In this document: piece by piece, positions 60,324 to 64,000 of the stretch
How the letters are laid out: each line of letters starts with the position of its first letter
How positions within the stretch are numbered: position 1 is the first letter of the stretch
Source of the DNA: an uncultured Chloroflexia bacterium
GTDB lineage: Bacteria; Chloroflexota; Limnocylindria; QHBO01
Reading direction: 5' to 3'
Length of the DNA stretch: 64,000 bases
Assembly: GCA_963825525.1 (NCBI GenBank)
Contig: CAWGTN010000002.1
Span: 736,001 to 800,000 of the forward strand
Program-made: the position numbers and the translations under genes
Notes under the pieces: model-generated
Databases searched by the model: none
What the model was told of the DNA's origin: nothing
Seen by the model: the letters and a program-made list of their open reading frames with translations, nothing else

Positions 60324-61528
60324 GCGTTCGCTCGATCGATGGAGGCGTGACGGCGCCGCTCGGATTCAGGGTCGCCAGCGGCGATGCCGGCATCCGCGAG
60401 ACGCCCGGGCCCGACCTCGTACTGCTCGTCTCCGACGGTCCGGCCAGCGCGGCAGCGACCCTCACCACCAATCGGATGCGCGCTGCGCCCGTCCTGCTGG
60501 CGGCGGAGTCGCTGGCAGCAACCCGCGGTCGGGCGCGGGCCATCGTCATCAATGCCGGCTGTGCGAACGCTGGCACTGGCGGCGGCGGGCTCGAGGACGC
60601 TCGCACGGTCGTGGAGGCAGCCGCGGAGCGTGTGGGATGCCCGAGCAATCAGATCCTGCCGGCGTCGACCGGACTCATCGGTTCGCGCCTGCCCGTCGAT
60701 GCCATGCGCGCCGCGCTGGCGGGCTTCGCGTTCGAGCGCTCGGTGGCGAGTGATCAGCACGCGGCGCTGGCGATCATGACGACCGACACCCGGCCCAAGC
60801 AGGTCGCGGTGTCGCTCAGCCTGGCCGACGGACGCGAGGTGCGCATCGGCGGCATGGCCAAGGGCTCGGGCATGATCCATCCGCAGATGGCGACGATGCT
60901 CGCCTTCGTGACGACCGACGCGCCGGTTGCGGCCGATCGCCTCGCCGTCATCCTCCGTTCCGCCGTCGAGCTGACGTTCAACCAGGTGACCGTCGACGGC
61001 GACACGTCGACGAACGACGCCGTGATGGTCCTCGCCAACGGTCTGGCCGGCGGCCCGAACCTCGAAGCCGGCGACGAGGAGGCGTTCGCCGATGCGCTCG
61101 CAGAGACGTGTCGACGCCTGGCGATCGCGATCGCCCAGGACGGCGAGGGCGCCCGGCATCTCATCGAGGTCACCGTGCGCGGCGCACGATCCGATGCCGA
61201 TGCGCGGGCGGTTGCCCGGACCGTGGCGGGATCGTCATTGGTCAAGACGGCCGTCCACGGGGCCGATCCGAACTGGGGCCGCATTGCCGCCGCCGCCGGA
61301 CGAGCGGGTGTCGAGCTGGATGCCGACGCCATGCGGATCTGCATCGGCGACATCCCGGTCTACGACGGCAGCCCGGTTGACTTCGACGAAGCTTCGGCCC
61401 AGCGAATCCTCGGCGGCGATCGCGTGCCGCTGCTCATCGACCTGCTGGACGGTGACGGCACGGGGGTGGCGTGGGGCTGCGATCTGTCGGCCGAGTACGT
61501 GGCGATCAACAGCGAGTACACGACATGA
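60320..61528 (+). CDS. argJ: Ornithine acetyltransferase / N-acetylglutamate synthase ArgJ
   Basis: NAGCANAGTG, IMTTDT, KGSGMIHPQMATML, VDGDTSTND, DGEGA, DPNWGRI, GCDLSAEYVAINSEYTT. Confidence 0.96.
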   Translation: MSVRSIDGGVTAPLGFRVASGDAGIRETPGPDLVLLVSDGPASAAATLTTNRMRAAPVLLAAESLAATRGRARAIVINAGCANAGTGGGGLEDARTVVEAAAERVGCPSNQILPASTGLIGSRLPVDAMRAALAGFAFERSVASDQHAALAIMTTDTRPKQVAVSLSLADGREVRIGGMAKGSGMIHPQMATMLAFVTTDAPVAADRLAVILRSAVELTFNQVTVDGDTSTNDAVMVLANGLAGGPNLEAGDEEAFADALAETCRRLAIAIAQDGEGARHLIEVTVRGARSDADARAVARTVAGSSLVKTAVHGADPNWGRIAAAAGRAGVELDADAMRICIGDIPVYDGSPVDFDEASAQRILGGDRVPLLIDLLDGDGTGVAWGCDLSAEYVAINSEYTT

Positions 61529-62298
61529 GCGCGACGCCGCTGACGGTCAAGCTGGGCGGGGCCGCCGGAGCGCACGCCGCATCGTTGTCGATCCTCGTCG
61601 AGCGCGCCGAACCGGGCTGGGCGGTCGTGCACGGTGGCGGGTCCGAGATCAGGGCATGGTCCGACCGGCTCGGCATGGCAAGCGAATTCGTCGACGGCCT
61701 CCGCGTGACCGACGCGGCCACGCTCGACGTCGCCATCGGCGTGCTGCGCGGGATCGTCAATGCCCGCCTGGTCGCGGCGTTTGCCGCCGGCGGCGTTCCG
61801 GCAATCGGCCTGGGCGGCGCTGACGGAGATCTCCTGCGTGCCGAGCGCTTTGACGACCGGCTGGGCCACGTCGGCCGAATCCGCCACGTGAACGGCGAGC
61901 TGCTCGCCTCGATCGCGTCGGATGGCTACGTCCCGGTCATCGCGCCGATTGCCCGCGGAGCCGGAACCGAGCTGCTCAATGTCAACGCTGACGAGGCAGC
62001 CGGTGCCGTAGCCGCCGCCCGGGGCGGCCGGCTGCTGCTGCTCACCGACGTGCCGGCTGTGCTGCAGGACGGCAACCCGGTGGCCATCGCCGATGCGGCC
62101 TCGGTCGAGCGGATGCTGGCCGATGACACCGCCACCGGGGGCATGCGACCGAAGCTGAGGGCGGCGCTGGATGCCGCACGAGCGGGCTGCGCCGTGCAGA
62201 TCGTGAATGGAACGGATCCGGGAGCCGTCCGCGCGGCCCTGGACGGCGAAGTGATCGGTACCACCGTGACGGCCTCGCCGATGGCGGGGATCGGCTGA
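61525..62298 (+). CDS. argB: Acetylglutamate kinase
   Basis: VKLGG, VVHGGG, FVDGLRVTD, NVNADEAA, LTDVP, GGMRPKL. Confidence 0.95.
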   Translation: MSATPLTVKLGGAAGAHAASLSILVERAEPGWAVVHGGGSEIRAWSDRLGMASEFVDGLRVTDAATLDVAIGVLRGIVNARLVAAFAAGGVPAIGLGGADGDLLRAERFDDRLGHVGRIRHVNGELLASIASDGYVPVIAPIARGAGTELLNVNADEAAGAVAAARGGRLLLLTDVPAVLQDGNPVAIADAASVERMLADDTATGGMRPKLRAALDAARAGCAVQIVNGTDPGAVRAALDGEVIGTTVTASPMAGIG

Positions 62299-62317
62299 GA
62301 TGAAGAAGGAGCGTCCC

Positions 62318-62821
62318 ATGGGGAGCATCGAACGACGCGACCTCGTTCGGCGGCTGATTGCCGCCGGCGGCGTCCACACGCAGGGCGAGCTGGTCGCCGC
62401 CCTCCGAGATCGCGGGGTCGACGTGACCCAGGCCACGATCTCGCGTGACCTCGCGAGCCTCGGCGTGGCCCGCGGGTTCAGAGGCGGCCAGGTCACGTAC
62501 CTGCTGCCTGACGACATGACAACCGGGGCCGCGGAGGCGGCCGAGGGACGACTGCGCCGGCTGCTCGCCGACCTGCCGCTGACCATCGGCGAGACGGCGC
62601 CGCTCGTCGTCCTGCGCACGTCACCGGGCGGGGCCAACGCAATTGCATCGGCCATTGACCTGTCCTCTTGGGATGACGTGGTCGGGACCATCGCCGGCGA
62701 CGACACGATCTTCGTGGCCTGCACCGATCGCGACGGCATGCGCCGCTTCCGGGCTCGCCTCGAAGCCCTGCTCGGTCGAACCGCCGTGGGCGCCTCGACG
62801 ACCGTGGGCGGCCCGGCATGA
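62318..62821 (+). CDS. argR: Arginine repressor
   Basis: TQGELV, VTQATISRDL, RTSPGGA, GTIAGDDTIF; AAGGAG SD before ATG 62318. Confidence 0.95.
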   Translation: MGSIERRDLVRRLIAAGGVHTQGELVAALRDRGVDVTQATISRDLASLGVARGFRGGQVTYLLPDDMTTGAAEAAEGRLRRLLADLPLTIGETAPLVVLRTSPGGANAIASAIDLSSWDDVVGTIAGDDTIFVACTDRDGMRRFRARLEALLGRTAVGASTTVGGPA

Positions 62822-64000
62822 GCGAGACCGTCGTCCTCGCCTACTCGGGCGGCCTCGACACCTCGGTCGCCGTTCCGTGGCTGCGCGAGACCCATGGACA
62901 CGAGGTCGTCACCCTGACCGTCGACGTCGGGGGCGGTGTCGACGCCGGTGCGGTCCAGGCGCGGGCATTGGCCGGCGGCGCGCGACGCGCCGTGGTCGTC
63001 GACGCTCGGGCCGCCTTCGTCACCGACTACATCTGGCCGGCGCTGCAGGCAGGATCCCTCTACCAGGGCCAGTACCCGCTTGCCACGGCGCTCGCCCGCC
63101 CGCTCATCGCTCGGCTGCTCGTCGAGGCGGCGCACGAGGCCGGCGCAAACCTGGTGGCGCATGGCTGCACGGGCAAGGGCAACGACCAGGTGCGCTTCGA
63201 CGTGGCGGTTGCCGCGCTCGATCCGTCGCTGCAGGTCATCGCGCCGATGCGCGTCGGCATGGGCATGACCCGTGACGAAGAGCTGGCCTACGCCCGCGAG
63301 CGCGGCATCGATGTCCCGTCCGGTCCGAGCTCCCCCTTCAGCATCGATGTGAACCTGTGGGGCCGCTCGATCGAGGCCGGCCAGCTCGAGGATCCATGGA
63401 CCGAGCCACCGGCCGATGCCTTTGACTGGACCGTCGACCCGGCCGATGCCCCGCGCACGGCCCGCGACCTCGTGATCGGCTTCGAGGAGGGGGTGCCCGT
63501 CTCGATCGACGGCGAGCCGCTCGACGGCGTGACGCTGGTGGAGCGGCTCAACGCCGAGGCTGGCGCCTACGGCATCGGCCGCATCGACCACGTGGAGGAC
63601 AGACTCATCGGGATCAAGAGCCGCGAGATCTACGAGGCGCCGGCCGCGGTCGTCCTGCACGCGGCGCATGCAGCCCTCGAGGGGATGACCCTCTCTCGCG
63701 AGCTGCTCGCCTACAAGCGATCGGTCGGCGACCGGCTGGCCACGCTGGCCTATGACGGGCTGTGGTTCAGCGAGCTGGGCGTCGCCCTGCGGGCGTTCGT
63801 CACCCACACCCAGCGCTACGTCAGCGGCGAGGTGCGCATGCGTCTCGCCGCGGGCAGCGCATCGGTCACCGGGCGACGATCGCCGCACTCGCTCTATGAC
63901 ATCGGCCTGGCGACCTACGACAGCGGCGACCGCTTCGACCACGCCTCGGCCGTCGGCTTCATCGCCCTGTGGGGCCTGCCCGTTCGGACGCAGGCCGCGG
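62818..64000 (+). CDS. argG: Argininosuccinate synthase (runs off the window end)
   Basis: Manual translation: MSETVVLAYSGGLDTS, YPLATALARPLIA, HGCTGKGNDQVRF, FSIDVNLWGRSIE, RLIGIKSREIYEAP. Confidence 0.96.
   Translation, partial: MSETVVLAYSGGLDTSVAVPWLRETHGHEVVTLTVDVGGGVDAGAVQARALAGGARRAVVVDARAAFVTDYIWPALQAGSLYQGQYPLATALARPLIARLLVEAAHEAGANLVAHGCTGKGNDQVRFDVAVAALDPSLQVIAPMRVGMGMTRDEELAYARERGIDVPSGPSSPFSIDVNLWGRSIEAGQLEDPWTEPPADAFDWTVDPADAPRTARDLVIGFEEGVPVSIDGEPLDGVTLVERLNAEAGAYGIGRIDHVEDRLIGIKSREIYEAPAAVVLHAAHAALEGMTLSRELLAYKRSVGDRLATLAYDGLWFSELGVALRAFVTHTQRYVSGEVRMRLAAGSASVTGRRSPHSLYDIGLATYDSGDRFDHASAVGFIALWGLPVRTQAA

Overview
High-GC bacterial chromosomal segment made almost entirely of housekeeping genes. 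Gene content and protein style suggest a monoderm, probably Chloroflexota (Limnocylindria-like); this is an inference. In order: a GDP-mannose block (PMM/PGM, DUF374, manC), proC, a SAM-cycle/adenine salvage neighbourhood (metK, PLP enzyme, LAL-type LuxR regulator, ahcY, GNAT, apt), acnA, mfd, pth, an FAD oxidase-amtB-small membrane protein unit, the conserved rpsT...lepA...hemW-hrcA-grpE-dnaK...dnaJ-prmA-rsmE-HIT-rpsU-yqeY-7TM/HD-ybeY superoperon with several insertions and two CIRCE operators, a glycolysis block (ROK kinase, gap, pgk, eno), DUF5679, a nucleoside phosphorylase, a large lamin-tail/OB-fold surface protein, and a divergent carAB / argH-C-J-B-R-G cluster with tandem ARG boxes. 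I found no CRISPR array, tRNA, rRNA, transposase or prophage. Five genes (mfd, rsmE, prmA twice, a lipoprotein, carB) are broken by net +1 insertions, most likely long-read sequencing errors. The most interesting observations are pervasive leaderless-type gene starts (TANNNT 6-9 nt before at least 14 start codons), an unannotated 46-aa membrane protein beside a glnK-less amtB with a repeated upstream motif, two unexplained highly structured intergenic elements, a roughly double-length S20, a CarB lacking its allosteric domain, and an apparently non-catalytic LTD/OB-fold surface protein upstream of a nucleoside phosphorylase. None of these is demonstrated to be a new system from sequence alone.
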